This document shows positions 13,141 through 25,365 of a stretch of DNA of 64,000 bases, piece after piece. Source of the stretch: Eledone cirrhosa (Eukaryota); contig OZ024744.1 of assembly GCA_964016885.1 (NCBI GenBank), positions 60,698,001 to 60,762,000 of the forward strand. The letters run 5' to 3'. Position 1 is the stretch's first letter. Every line of letters starts with the position of its first letter. The position numbers and the translations under genes are program-made. Below the pieces are notes generated by a model. That model had not been told where the DNA came from. It searched no databases and saw nothing but the letters and a program-made list of their open reading frames with translations.

Positions 13141-13709
13141 TTTTTCACCTAGACACTTTCGATCACCGCTTTTAAAACAATATCATCTTACACAACAACG
13201 CATGCATCAACAGTTTTCTAAGATATAGTGACGTAAATACACCTGCTTTTTTGTTTTTGTGTTTTTCTCAAAAACTGTTGTTCATTTCTACCACAGCCAG
13301 ACTCTGTCTTTCTTTGTCTTCTTGAAATTCTCATTCTCATATTTTCTGATGACGAACTAGTGTCTGAAACGGTAAAACTCTTTTCCTACTATATCAAGCG
13401 TAAAACTAATAATATATTTCTTCATTGTACTGTGTAGTTTGCATTTCTTCATTGTACTGTGTAGTTCGCTTTGTTATTTCTGTTTGCCCTTTGCATACAT
13501 ACATAAACAACACATAATGATTCGATTACCAACAGTTTCAAGAAACTAAGCGATCCTTACAGAAACGTCTAGCCCATTCATCAGATGAAATAGTTATCTA
13601 TTTTATAACTATTATATTGTGTTGTTTATTATGTAATTAAATAGCTCTGTACAATACATAGAGCACTCGTCTTTCCTTTACCTTTTCTACGGAAATACTT
13701 AACACACAT

Positions 13710-13739
<30 letters not shown>

Positions 13740-13740
<1 letters not shown>

Positions 13741-13940
13741 GTTATGTAATAAACAACATAAGGCAATTATTTCATTTACCAGTGGTTTCTTAAAAGCAAA
13801 AAAAATTTAGTTTTCAATCACCAGAATGAAAAAATCCTGGTGTATTTATTGGCGTTGGATTTTAAAAACAAAAATATAATATAATCTATAAGAAACCACT
13901 GGTAAATGAAATAATTGCCTTATGTTGTTTATTACATAAC
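13740..13940. repeat. Inverted repeat (about 52-bp arms, about 95-bp spacer) of a pLTR tail starting at hammerhead GAAACCACTGGTA
   Basis: GTTATGTAATAAAC...CCAGTGGTTTCTTA / TAAGAAACCACTGG...GTTTATTACATAAC; the same tail follows the intact hammerhead at 47485. Confidence 0.8.
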
Positions 13941-14003
13941 TATTAAGCTCTGTTACCTACATAGAGCACTCTTTTTTCCTGGACTTTTCCGACAGAATTA
14001 CTT

Positions 14004-14087
<84 letters not shown>

Positions 14088-14090
<3 letters not shown>

Positions 14091-15310
14091 ATAATAATAC
14101 ACTGGGAGATCCTAGCTAGGGCTAGATCGTATAACGGAAATAAAAGACCATGTGACCTATGCGCCACTGAGGCCCTGGAAATTCTCTACGCCACAGACCA
14201 CATCCTTAACAAAAAATCTGAGGCAATTTCGGCTTGTAAACATAAATTGCACAAAACTTTCCTGCATTACAGCCCCACCTTATACCCTAACGGATAGTAC
14301 GATCTATACGTGGATATTTTACGTCTTGATGTGGGAGCTAAGTATATGTTTTGTTTATACCATTACTTATTTGCATAGGTAAGTATATATTACCTGTATG
14401 TTTTGTGAAGGTACGTATACTTTCTCGTACGTATATTTGATTGTATATGTTATGGCTTATACTTTTTTTTATATATTCTGGTACATATGGTTTGGTTATG
14501 TGTATACGGAAGTTTTGCGTCTGTGTGAGTATGCAGGTTCGTACGTATGTTGGGTGTGTGTATATGTGTACTTCGTGTTTTGGTTGACTTACGTCTCCGA
14601 ACATTTGTGTATTTACATGTATGTGTGTGCGCTTGTTATATACGTATTTATTTATTTATATACGTTTATTTAATTATTTATTTATTTGTATACACGCACA
14701 CACGCACACATATTTATATGTGCGTAGTTTTGTATACCTATGGCAAGTGTTTTCGCGTATGCTTGTGTATGTACGTATTTGCATGCGTGTATGTATTTAT
14801 TTAATTTTTATTACCTCTGTATTTTATTTACTTTATTCTTAACTCTGAAGCGGAGATTCATTCGGTTTCCTAGTTAGAATTTTAGTCTACGACTTCAGCT
14901 ATACCATTTACGTGGTTTTGTCTTTGCGTGCTATTGTTCTCCACGCTCCACATACGACGTATTATCTTCGTTTTTTCCGTTCATTGCCAGAGAATGTCTC
15001 TATGAACCACCTAAGAAAACATTAGTCTACGACTTCTTTTATACCATAAACGTGGTTCTGTCTTTGCGCGTAATTGTTTTTCACCGCTCCTATTAATGAC
15101 GTATTATATTCGTTTTCCCCCTGTTCTTTGCCAGGGAACGTTTCCACGAACCAAAGTATCGTCTTCCTGTCTTCCTCCGGTTGCAACGTTTTTTTAAATA
15201 TCCACTTCTGCGTTTACAGATTGACTTTGTTAGTTTCAGAAGATCCCGTTAAGGGTGAAAGCAGCGATTCTTTGCTTAAACTTTAATCTGTTATTTTAAT
15301 AAATAATGTA
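14088..15310 (+). mobile_element. 5'-truncated PLE (CxC/Hydra-type): EN C-terminus, 3' UTR and degenerate hammerhead
   Basis: Frame 14100-14297, not in the ORF track, reads HWEILARARSYNGNKRPCDLCATEALEILYATDHILNKKSEAISACKH, homologous to the C-termini of the 614-aa and 445-aa ORFs. Hammerhead-like agttt-CAGAAGA-..-GAAA-gca..tgc-TT-aaact at 15232-15282. (TA)n on both sides. Confidence 0.8.
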
Positions 15311-15526
15311 TATATGTATATAAATATATATATATTTCGTTTCTGAATTTGTTTAGCAAGATTCTTTATCTGAAATCGTGTGTTGAAACCGATATTGTTA
15401 TACTTAGGGAGGGTCATGTTGCCAATAAGAAACACACACAGTTGCTTTCACTTCAATTTATTATAATAAATTTATAAATTTCTGGTTGGTTGGTTGATTC
15501 CACAACCAGATAGTTGTTTATATATT

Positions 15527-15569
15527 GTCATAGTTCTTTCGTCACACACTCTGTGACCTCTTCAGTGAC
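15527..15569 (-). ncRNA. Minimal type I hammerhead (family A)
   Basis: gtca-CTGAAGA-ggtcacagagtgtgtgac-GAAA-gaac-TA-tgac. Confidence 0.8.
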
Positions 15570-15774
15570 TGGGGATTCCTTTCTTTGTTTCTGTGCCTCT
15601 CCTTTGTTCTGTCCTACGCCATTTTGTTTCTGTGTGTGTGTTGTGTGCTCAGTCTGCGCATGCGCCACATCCGGGTGTCTGTGTGTGTTTATGTTCATTT
15701 ATTTATTTATTTGTTTATTTACATGTTACTGGTTGGTTGTTTGTTCTATGTGTGTGTGTGTTTTCATTTTGTCC

Positions 15775-16690
15775 TTAATTGTAAGTTGTGATGTTGCTGT
15801 TCCACTCATATTTTCTATTTAATTTTGGTTGTAATTCTTTTATGTTTATTGCCTCTGTAATTTGTCTAAACATTGCGTCTTTTCTGTGTGTAGATTCTAT
15901 TTTTATTTCTATGTTCTCTAATTTACCCTTGTGTTCTATTTTAGCATGTTGGTAGAGTACAGATGATTCTTTACTATCGTGAAGGTCTCGCCAGTGTTCA
16001 TTTATCCGTTCTCCTACGCTACGAGCTGTCTCACCTATGTACACTATATTTTTATCTCTACATTGTCCTTCAGTACATCTTATGCTATACACTACATTTC
16101 TAGTTTTGTAGTTAATATGGGGGCTTATTTTACAGGTTATACATTTCTTATCTATACATGAGGGTCTTTGAAAAGGGTATGTCTTGCTAATAAGTGTTTT
16201 TATGGAGGTACCTGGTCTTTCTACTATCTTAATATTGAGTTTATGTTTGTTTAGACCCCTTCTAAATTTGTAAGCTAATTCCCCTCTAGGGATTGTATCG
16301 ATGAACATTACACTCTGGTATTTATTGCTATCATACCATGAGTTTATTCTATTAGCCTTGTTCCTAGTTCTTTCTATTCTATTCCAAAATTTGCTCCTAT
16401 ACAAGGGGCAGGTCCCATTTATGTCATTATTTACCATTTTTTCCCATTTGGTTCTGGCTCCTCTATACACTCTGATTTTATCTCTCTGATTGTAGCCAGA
16501 GAACTGCATACAGTGGATGAAGTGTTGTATGTGTCTCTCTAGTTCTTCGGGGTTGCACATGCGGGACACATTTCTCATCACCCGTACCAAATCCGCAATC
16601 AGTATGTTGATTTTGGTATGGTCCGAAATGGCCGAGTTTCGGTGGATCAGATGTTTGGAAGTCATGGGTTTGGCATAATGGGAATGGAGG
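15775..16690 (-). CDS. PLE RT-thumb, Zn-linker and GIY-YIG endonuclease (truncated)
   Basis: CIDKKCITC...NVVYSIRC...VYIGETARSVGERINEH...HAKIEH...EAINIKELQPKLN. Confidence 0.9.
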
Positions 16691-16827
16691 ATAAATAAAT
16701 GAACATAAACACACACAGACACCCGGATGTGGCGCATGCGCAGACTGAGCACACAACACACACACAGAAACAAAATGGCGTAGGACAGAACAAAGGAGAG
16801 GCACAGAAACAAAGAAAGGAATCCCCA

Positions 16828-16870
16828 GTCACTGAAGAGGTCACAGAGTGTGTGACGAAAGAACTATGAC
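16828..16870 (+). ncRNA. Minimal type I hammerhead (family A)
   Basis: Identical motif in the inverted pLTR. Confidence 0.8.
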
Positions 16871-17008
16871 AATATATAAACAACTATCTGGTTGTGGAAC
16901 CAACGAACCAACCAGAAATTTATAAATTTATAAATTTATTATAATAAATTGAAGTGAAAGTAACTGGTGCGTGTGTTTCTTATTGGCAACATGACCCTCC
17001 CTAAGTAT

Positions 17009-17068
<60 letters not shown>

Positions 17069-17479
17069 TTCTGCAATTTCCGACTACCAATCACTAACAA
17101 GGCTACAGAAGGTGCCACCATACAATGGGACCCATACCAGGACTACGTGGTTACGAAGCGAACCCCTTAACCGCACAGTCAATAAAATATGAAAATAAAA
17201 AATAGTATCCAAATCTTGATACTGGTGTTTATTGAACACAAGTTATACAACGATGGAAAAATTTAAAAAAGGATAAAAATAAAATTAAGTAATGAATAGA
17301 GATGGGGAAAGTGTAAAGAAGGGCAGATCTGGCTGTATAGCAAAGCAAAAGAAAGGACTACTAATGCCATAAATGACAGGAAAAGGAGAGAAAGAGCAAG
17401 GACTATTAGACAGCAGAAGAAAGAGAGGGGGAACGTGGAAAGGGTGACGGACTCTACGCCTAGGTGGGAGTTGTGTTTC

Positions 17480-18080
17480 GGCTGCGCCCCTGCGGACAAA
17501 ATTGCAGAGGCATTTCCGCGGACAATGGTTAGCGACACCAGCTGCAACATCTACCCCACCTTGCGCGGCTACTTTCTCAGACAGGCTGCTGTCGTTCCAA
17601 TTTTACAGAGGAGCTCAGCTGTACGGGGTCTGAGGACGCCTGAAGTCTCGACGGCGACCAGTGCAAAGAGGAAGCAGACAGATAGGCTCCGGTATTTGCT
17701 TAACTTCCTGTCCTCTTCATTGCAGGTTTGTGGCCGAAGCGACAAATTTGGAGGCGAGGAATGTGTCACAGCATGTCCTGTCCCAAATAATGGATTTACC
17801 TCCTTCGAATGTGAAGAGGGTAAGTTCATCGAGGCGCTTGCCATCTTGGCGGTCAAGGCCTGCCTGTTTTCAGTTGTGATCGGAAGCTGGCTGCATCCAG
17901 GCTCCTTCTCATTATGTCGTTGAGAGCGGCATTCCGGGGGGACCAGCCTACTCTCTAGCGGCATGATAGTGGGTGCAGACCGAACTCGTTGACAGCAGCT
18001 CCACAATGGCTTTTGTCTGACTGACACATGCAGTGGCCGATGCGTTGGGGCACCCCGATGCGAGTGGGCCACACACACTG
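17480..18080 (-). mobile_element. CRE-clade non-LTR fragment (Zn-knuckle and RLE), frameshifted
   Basis: Across frames: CVCG.., AALNDIMRRSLDAA, GLDRQDGKRLDELTLFTFEGGKSIIWDRTCCDTF, KLSKYRSL..ALVAVETSGV, VSLTIVRGNASAIL. Confidence 0.8.
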
Positions 18081-18286
18081 TTTGACTGTTTAAATATAAA
18101 CTATCACGAACATTTTATCCCTTGTGTGTTATTTATGGTAGGGAAAAGAAAAAAGAAATTAAAGACACCCCCTTTAAACATAGTAGGGATCCAGGCTATA
18201 GGCACTCCTGGGTTAACCATTAAATAAAACCCGCATGTATCTAAGGATCACAAGTAAAGAGGAATTGAATAGAGTTTTTTTTTTTT

Positions 18287-18442
18287 CAGTGCCGGATTAA
18301 CGATAGATCATAGTGCAATGTTTCATCCGAACCAGAGTTATAAAAAGAGGTTCCCCGTAATGTGTTCAGTACATAGAGCCTCTATTGTCCTTAATCTATC
18401 CCCATTCACAATCTAGTCAACACCACCCTTAAGCCGCCACTG
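18287..18442. mobile_element. Putative MITE with CAGTG(C/G)CGG.TTAA TIRs
   Basis: CAGTGCCGGATTAA ... TTAAGCCGCCACTG; no clear TSD. Confidence 0.5.
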
Positions 18443-18749
18443 ATCAGGAGTATCATCGGTAGCATTAGAGAGTAGAGATCAAATTGGGTGAAGTAATCCA
18501 AAGAAAGAACATCCCGACGAGAGAGTAGAAATAAGATTGAGTGAAGTAATCCCCAAAAAGAACATTTCCCCAACGAAATTCTGGAAGATTCTATGGTTGT
18601 AACACAATACTGACATCCATCTTTTCTGATTGGATCTCTGCAACATTTCATCTTGGTTTGTAAACAATGCTTCGGCTTTGCACAGTTTCCCTTTTTACAG
18701 AAAATTTCTCACTTCCATAGACACGAATTGAAATTATTTGTCACTGTGA

Positions 18750-19000
18750 TTAACACCAACAACGACAACGACAATATAAACAACAGCATCAACACTAACG
18801 ATAAGAACAACACTACCACCACCACCATCTCTACCGCCACCACCACCACTACAACAACAACATCAGCAGCAACAACAGATCTAAACGAATAATCCAAACT
18901 GAGAAATGTTGATAAGACGTTTTACATCCGACGGGAAGATTTTTCACCACCACCACCACCACCACCACCATCACCGTAGCAGTCACAACAACAACAACAC
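18750..19000. repeat. Imperfect (CAA/CAC)n trinucleotide tracts
   Basis: Direct observation. Confidence 0.85.
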
Positions 19001-19244
19001 TTCTGTTTCTGCTTCTTATTTTAGATTTCACATTTGTGTTTCCTGTACTATTTGATAGATTTTTATTCTTTTATTGGTTTCAGTCATTAGACTGTTGCTA
19101 CGCTTGGGCACTAATTTGAAGGGATTGAATTTACTCCAGCACTCTGTTTTTTCAAGCCTGGTACATATTTTATCGATCGGTCTCTTTTGATCGAATTGCT
19201 GAGTTACAAAATATAAAAAAAGGGTAAAGAACTCCCCCCCCCCC

Positions 19245-19545
19245 CCTTCGGTCACGAATGACCATAGGCACCTAGAAAGATTTCACTCCAGGCAAGGTTG
19301 TTTGTGGAAGACCAGCAGTCGCCCATGCATACCAGCCTCCTCTCTCCACGCCACCGAGGATGTCTAAGGGAAAGGTAATGGCCGATACAACTTGACACTC
19401 ATTTCTACGGCTGAGTAAACAGGAGCAACACGAAATAAAGTGTCTTGCACTAGGACGCAACACATCACGTGGTCCGAGAATCGAACTCACAACATTCCGA
19501 TTGCAAGCCCAATGCTCTAACTACTAAGCCATGCGCCTTCACTAC
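19245..19545 (-). mobile_element. tRNA-derived SINE
   Basis: Minus-strand head GGCGCATGGCTTAGTAGTTAGAGCATTGGGCTTGCAATCGGAATGTTGTGAGTTCGATTCTCGGAC (A and B boxes), followed by SINE body. Confidence 0.8.
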
Positions 19546-19739
19546 GGAATATAAGCAACCATATATACGTATATGACAGGCTTTTACAGTTTCCATATAA
19601 AAAGTTTCACTTAGAAGGCATTAGTCAATACAAGGCCATTGTAGAAAGCATTTCCCCAAAGTGCCACTTAGTTGGAGTAAACCCGAAAACACGTTGTTTC
19701 GAAGCGAAATCCTTAACCACACTGCCATCCATGCCTGGG

Positions 19740-19920
19740 ATTTGGCAGTATCGGTAGAGGGTCGGACGCTATGCTTTCCAGCATAGTTACGTCCCTTTAC
19801 AATCTGAGTTCAAATCCCGCCGACGTTAACTTTGCCTTTCATCCTTACGGGATCGATAAAATAAAGTACCAGTAATGTACTGGGTAATTGCTGGCCTTGT
19901 GCCTAAAGTAGAAACAATTA
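19740..19920 (+). mobile_element. SINE (family with TTGCCTTTCATCCTTACGGGGTCGATAAAATAAAGTACCAG core)
   Basis: B-box GAGTTCAAATCC. Further copies at about 22410-22590(-), 22670-22780(-), 43770-43940, 45745-45845, 49160-49340 and 5630-5720. Confidence 0.8.
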
Positions 19921-20038
19921 TTTAATATAGACCAATCTTTCAGTAATATTCCTGGAAATAAAAAATAGTTATTATATCGGATGCGATGGGGTGAGGGTGG
20001 AACTTGATACGCTTAACTGCGTTCTTTTATAAACACAA

Positions 20039-20192
20039 ACTACTACTACTGCTGCTGCTGCTGTTGTTGCTGCTACTACTACTACTACTACTACTACTAC
20101 TGTTACTGCTGCCGCCGCCGCCGATGATGATGATGATGATGATGATGATGTTGCTGATGCTTATATTACTGCTGCTGTTGCTACTGCTGCTG

Positions 20193-20239
<47 letters not shown>

Positions 20240-20310
20240 GTTACTGCTGCTGCTGCCGCCGCCGCCGATGATGATGATGTTGCTGATGCTAATATTACTG
20301 CTGCTGTTGC

Positions 20311-20385
<75 letters not shown>

Positions 20386-20407
20386 CACTACTACTACTAC
20401 CACCACC

Positions 20408-20505
<98 letters not shown>

Positions 20506-20530
20506 CACCACCACTGCCGCCACCGCCACC
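20039..20530. repeat. Compound trinucleotide microsatellite (CTA/CTG/CCG/ATG/CCA)
   Basis: Direct observation; contains an internal duplicated block. Confidence 0.95.
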
Positions 20531-20679
20531 AAGTGGGTGCGTGTATATCTTAACTTGAAGGCTCCCGCGACCGAGTTTCTCAAATATCGTCTTCGCAGTT
20601 GCAGGGAGCTTTTATATGGGTTCCTATCTCCAAAAAAGTATCATCAAAATACGAGACGTTTAAATCAAGATCGACTCCC

Positions 20680-21000
20680 ATACCCATTACAAATTGGACA
20701 TGCCTGATGAACTTCTGGGGTTCAAATGAGAGATGGGAGGGCTGCCGACAAGCCTACCGAGCTAAGTGATACAGCTCTTGGGCCTTTTCCTTCACTGAGC
20801 TTAAGATGAGCATCAACTGACGGATTTGAATGCATTCTTGAGATTGAGTTTGTGGACCTCAGACCTCAGAATACGTATTCGCGAATGTTCTCGTTTCATG
20901 GGTGGCTACCACGCATCCTAATTTGGTGTCCATCTTCAACTGGATAGGGGAAATTGAGAGGAGAAGTGGTCTGAGAACAAACTTTCGCAGTAGTGAGCCA
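20680..21000 (-). mobile_element. CRE-clade RT fragment, degenerate
   Basis: Minus frames give ISPIQLKMDTKLGCVVATHETRTF, VHKLNLKNAFKSVS and ELYHLAR*ACRQPSHLSF, matching the P.QLG.G...GC...H and KLD..NAFNSV motifs of CRE RT. Confidence 0.6.
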
Positions 21001-21189
21001 TCGCAAAAACATCTAAATTCCAGCTTAAACCTTTTTTTTCATAGGTGTGAATTATTTTGTAATTTCCCTCGTCATTATATTTCCGTTTACTCTCTTACTG
21101 CGATCGCTTGAACCACTAGAAACAGCTGTCAAATTTCTCTAACATAGTTTGTCATAAAAAATACCGAAATTCTTCTTCCTTTCCTGTCT

Positions 21190-21520
21190 TTATTACTGAG
21201 GGTCGGAGACCATGGACAATTGCACCAATGATCCCCACTTGCCATGACCATGCACTCCGCCAAAGTTCTTCCCGTCCAATCCCTGATGTCATCACTCCAG
21301 CGTCTCCTTGGACTTCCCCCACGATCTTTTGCCATCGATGCGTCCCTCTTGGATACAGGTGCAAATGTTCTGTGATCACATTATATGGCCAAAATATTGT
21401 AGCTTTCGTTTCCTTATGATCGCGACCATCTGTTCCAATTTCCTTCAGGAACGATTCATTGGTTTTGTGGTTTATCCAGCTGATGCACAGTGCCTGCCTG
21501 TAACATCTTTGTTTCAAACG
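21190..21520 (-). mobile_element. RTE/BovB-like LINE 3' fragment
   Basis: RCYRQALCISWINHKTNESFLKEIG; RGGSPRRRWSDDIRDWTG. Confidence 0.8.
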
Positions 21521-22966
21521 ACATCAGTTTGTTACCGTCAGTCGTTTTCAGTGTCCAGGTCTCGCAGACACAGTGTCACAGGCCAAACTGGGGTCTTCAG
21601 AAGCTCCAGGTTAATGTCCTGCAAGGAAATTTAGTTAGTTGTGTTCATGTTCTATCAATTCTGAGAAGAAAAAAGAGACAGACAAAATAGAAAAAAAATC
21701 AAAATCAAACGCACAATTCTTGTTTGATCTGAAATGTTAGATAAGAGAAACAGATGAAAAATGTGAGAGAGTGTTAAGGTGATATTGTTTTTAATTCTTT
21801 TCGCTTTTATGACAGACACAAAACAATAGCAAATAAATTCAATGTCTATTTTGACAATTTTAAAGACTGATAGTCCTACACGAAGAAGGGTGGTGTGAGG
21901 CGTTAAGACATTGATATACTACAAAAAGAAAGATGGTGAGGTGCGATATAAGGACATGTGGCGATGAGAAAAAGGTGCAGTGTACAGGAAAATTTTCTTG
22001 TAAACGATTAGGTATCGTTTGGATAAAACCTATTGTTTAGACTCGCTTCAATATCTGAACTGACAGAAAGGTGTACCTGATACACTTATTCGTGTAATAG
22101 TTAAACTTTTTAACTCTTTTTATACTAATCCGCCATCACAACTTTATTTAACATCTTATTAAATAAAGTTTTCAAACGTTAAGCCATTTTTCATTTTTTG
22201 AAAATTAAATGAAATATTGGCTGGCTGTGTATTTCATTAGAAATTACGGTTAAAATATATTTTTCTGTTAGATTTATAGAACCGACTCTACGTTTTGAGG
22301 ACTCAAATTCACAATGCAATTCAAAATACTGTATCAACAAACAGAATCCTAGATGGACTCCAAATGATTAAAAAACAAAATCATCAATTACTGTAATAAT
22401 TGTTTCTACTTTTGGCACAAGACCAACAATTATCTCAGTGTATTACTGGTACTTTATTTTATCGACCCCGTAAAGATGAAAGGTAAAGTTAACCTCGAAA
22501 GGATTCGAACTCAGACCATAAAGAGCCGTAACTCTGTGCTACAAAGTATGGCGTCCGACCCTCTACCGATACTGCCAATCCACCGAATTACTGTAATAGT
22601 GATTTTTAATTTAGGTAAATCAATTTTTGAACGAGGAGGGGGTCTATTATATCGACTCCACTACTTTACTAGCACTTTATTTTATCGACCTCAGCAGGAT
22701 GAAAGGCAAAGTTATTCTCAGCAGGATTTGAACTGAGAACATAAAAAACCGGACCAAATATTGTAAAACATTTTGTCCGATAAAATTACTGTGATAATAA
22801 TAATGTGTAGAAACTCATCGTAATATACTTCCTACTACCAAAATACATAACTCGTGTAAAGAGCACCAGCATATAATAGTCTAGAAAAACTAATTTCCTC
22901 ATCGTAACAGTTTATGTTCAAGATAATATATTGGCTCACAAATGCTGAACATTATCCGTGAAGAAC

Positions 22967-23012
22967 AAGGGTCAACATTTACATAAGATACATGGAAAAA
23001 TCCAAATATTTA

Positions 23013-23062
<50 letters not shown>

Positions 23063-23108
23063 TAAATATTTGGATTTTTCCATGTATCTTATGTAAATGT
23101 TGACCCTT
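22967..23108. repeat. Perfect inverted repeat (about 49-bp arms) around a (TA)n core
   Basis: AAGGGTCAACATTTACATAAG...TATTTAGGA-(TA)n-TCCTAAATA...AAATGTTGACCCTT. Confidence 0.9.
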
Positions 23109-23121
23109 ATGTATATATATG

Positions 23122-23272
<151 letters not shown>

Positions 23273-23419
23273 ATTAGAATACTGGAGCGTGTTTGAGTCA
23301 AACACCCTCTTCGTATTATAGAAATGACAGTAAAAGGTATAGCTCAATGCAGTTAAACAGAGCCAAAAGATTAAGAGAGTAAAACAAAGAATCCTTTAAT
23401 ACATCAAAAGTTTTTATTA

Positions 23420-23457
23420 GCCGACAATGTTTCGTCCTATTAAGGACTCATCAGGGC
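23420..23457 (-). ncRNA. Type I hammerhead ribozyme, canonical core
   Basis: gcc-CTGATGA-gtcct-taat-aggac-GAAAC-att-GTC-ggc; GUC cleavage triplet. Confidence 0.88.
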
Positions 23458-25365
23458 AATCAAAACAACAAGAGGTAATATCGGCAGATACAAGCCAGAA
23501 ACTCTGAAGAATATGGAGTGTACATACACTAATGTCTTACAAAGATATACGATAATAAAAATGAAAATAAAGATAAAAATAATAAAATTATAATAACTAA
23601 GGATGTAGATAACATTAAGAACCATATTACAAATATAGTCCAAAGCCACCAACCTAAATCTAAACAAATTTGGTTGTATAGAGCAGGAATTATATATAAC
23701 ACAATATAATACATTATAATAATAATATATTTATACCAACATTAAAATTCCAAATTAAAAATCAAAAGGTACAATATATACATGTATATATGTGCGCGCG
23801 CACGCACACACACACACACACACACACATAACAATACACATATCTATGTTCTATTACACAGAAATTAAGCCCTATTAGAAGTTTGAATATTAAAAATAAG
23901 CATGGTAATAGTGAAAATAATACTAATACATCTACCCAATATACATGAGGCAATAATATGATATAATTACAAGAAACACATATAACAAATAATAAACAAC
24001 AAAATTATATAATTCAATACAATATAATAAAGTAGAATAGATAATCCCCGGTTAATTTACAGAAACAATATAGATGTCACAATGAAATACAATGATAAAA
24101 TGTTAACATTATATTAACAAGTACCATAAACAATATATACAAATTGATTCATACTGGGTTACATAATAAATGAGGAAATATAAATCATATAATACTAAAA
24201 AAAACTATAATGGTACAGGGAAAAATTGTGATGTTACAGAAAAAATATGATGTTACAGAAAAAAATATACAGACATCTAACATGATATGTAAAGTCTAAA
24301 TATCATAATGTTACATATTACAATATTAAAAAAATCCAGACATCTTACATGATATATAAAGTTTAAATATCATAATGTTATATATAATGAACGGTAAGTA
24401 ATAAGGATCTATATCATAATGTAATATATTTTAAAATTGGCATAAAATATATAAATACTTATAATTACAAGGTTAGTAGACAGACATGTGTGGATGAGTG
24501 AGCGAAGCCAGTCAGTGAATAGTAAATAGAATATAGAATAAAACAAATAAATACAATCAACCGGAAATTACAAAACAAAAGCAAATGTATACACATTTAG
24601 GCCTCGCGTGCATTAAGAAATTAGGTAAACACCAAGGAAAGCGATCATTTTAAATGACTCCAAACCCTATCTGATAAATTAATATTAAAAATATCGAACC
24701 CGTCCAATAAGGTAGTATAATATTAGCTGTAGTTTAAGTCATTAAAGTATATAAACTTTAATGTATCATTACAAATGTTTACAAAAAGGAATAAAATTAC
24801 ACTATCATATACGCAACGATATCTAAAAAACTGACTTAAGTAGAGTTAAGGTAGGCTAATGGGGACAGAATTGACAAAATATATGGAGGGTGCGAAGTGG
24901 CATAAAATATATTCGATATACTATAATAAATAATAGAACGGAGCATAAAAGAGGGGGGGGGTAAATATAATCATATTCAATCTGGAGGGGTTGACAATAA
25001 GTTTATGTGTGCATGAGGGGAAGGGGGGAGGGGGAGAAAGGGGGGGGGGGTGTCGATAGATAAATCAGAATAGACTTAGAAATAAAAATAGAATTAAAAA
25101 TAAAAATAAAAATAATAATAATATTAAAATTAAAATTAAAGTAAATAATAATAAAAAAATATAAAGATAATAATAGAATAACGTAAGTGGCGTAAAGTGT
25201 GTAATCTTATGTATACTAACAAGGTGTAATAGTGAAGACATAGATATGGTACAGTGGCCAAATGATTATGAGAGCTAGAATGAAGAGTCATCAAAAACCA
25301 ATGATAACATTAATGTTGGCAAACAAAAGAACCCAAACAAAAAACTAAGTAATGGAATATATCTG

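Larger units (their letters stand above)
15336..17014 (-). mobile_element. PLE family A, 5'-truncated, with 3' pLTR (15336-15775) and inverted pLTR copy (16690-17014)
   Basis: EN ORF between two inverted pLTR copies; (TA)n at both ends; typical Penelope inverted-pLTR structure. Confidence 0.9.

Noticed and set aside
19480-19545. tRNA gene
   Set aside because: The A and B boxes continue into a SINE body; no complete cloverleaf or acceptor stem.
20004-20583. Poly-Leu/Pro and poly-Val ORFs
   Set aside because: Translation of a compound trinucleotide microsatellite.
20703-20730. CTGATGA followed by a small hairpin as a hammerhead
   Set aside because: No GAAA and no stem I or III; it lies in an antisense CRE RT remnant.
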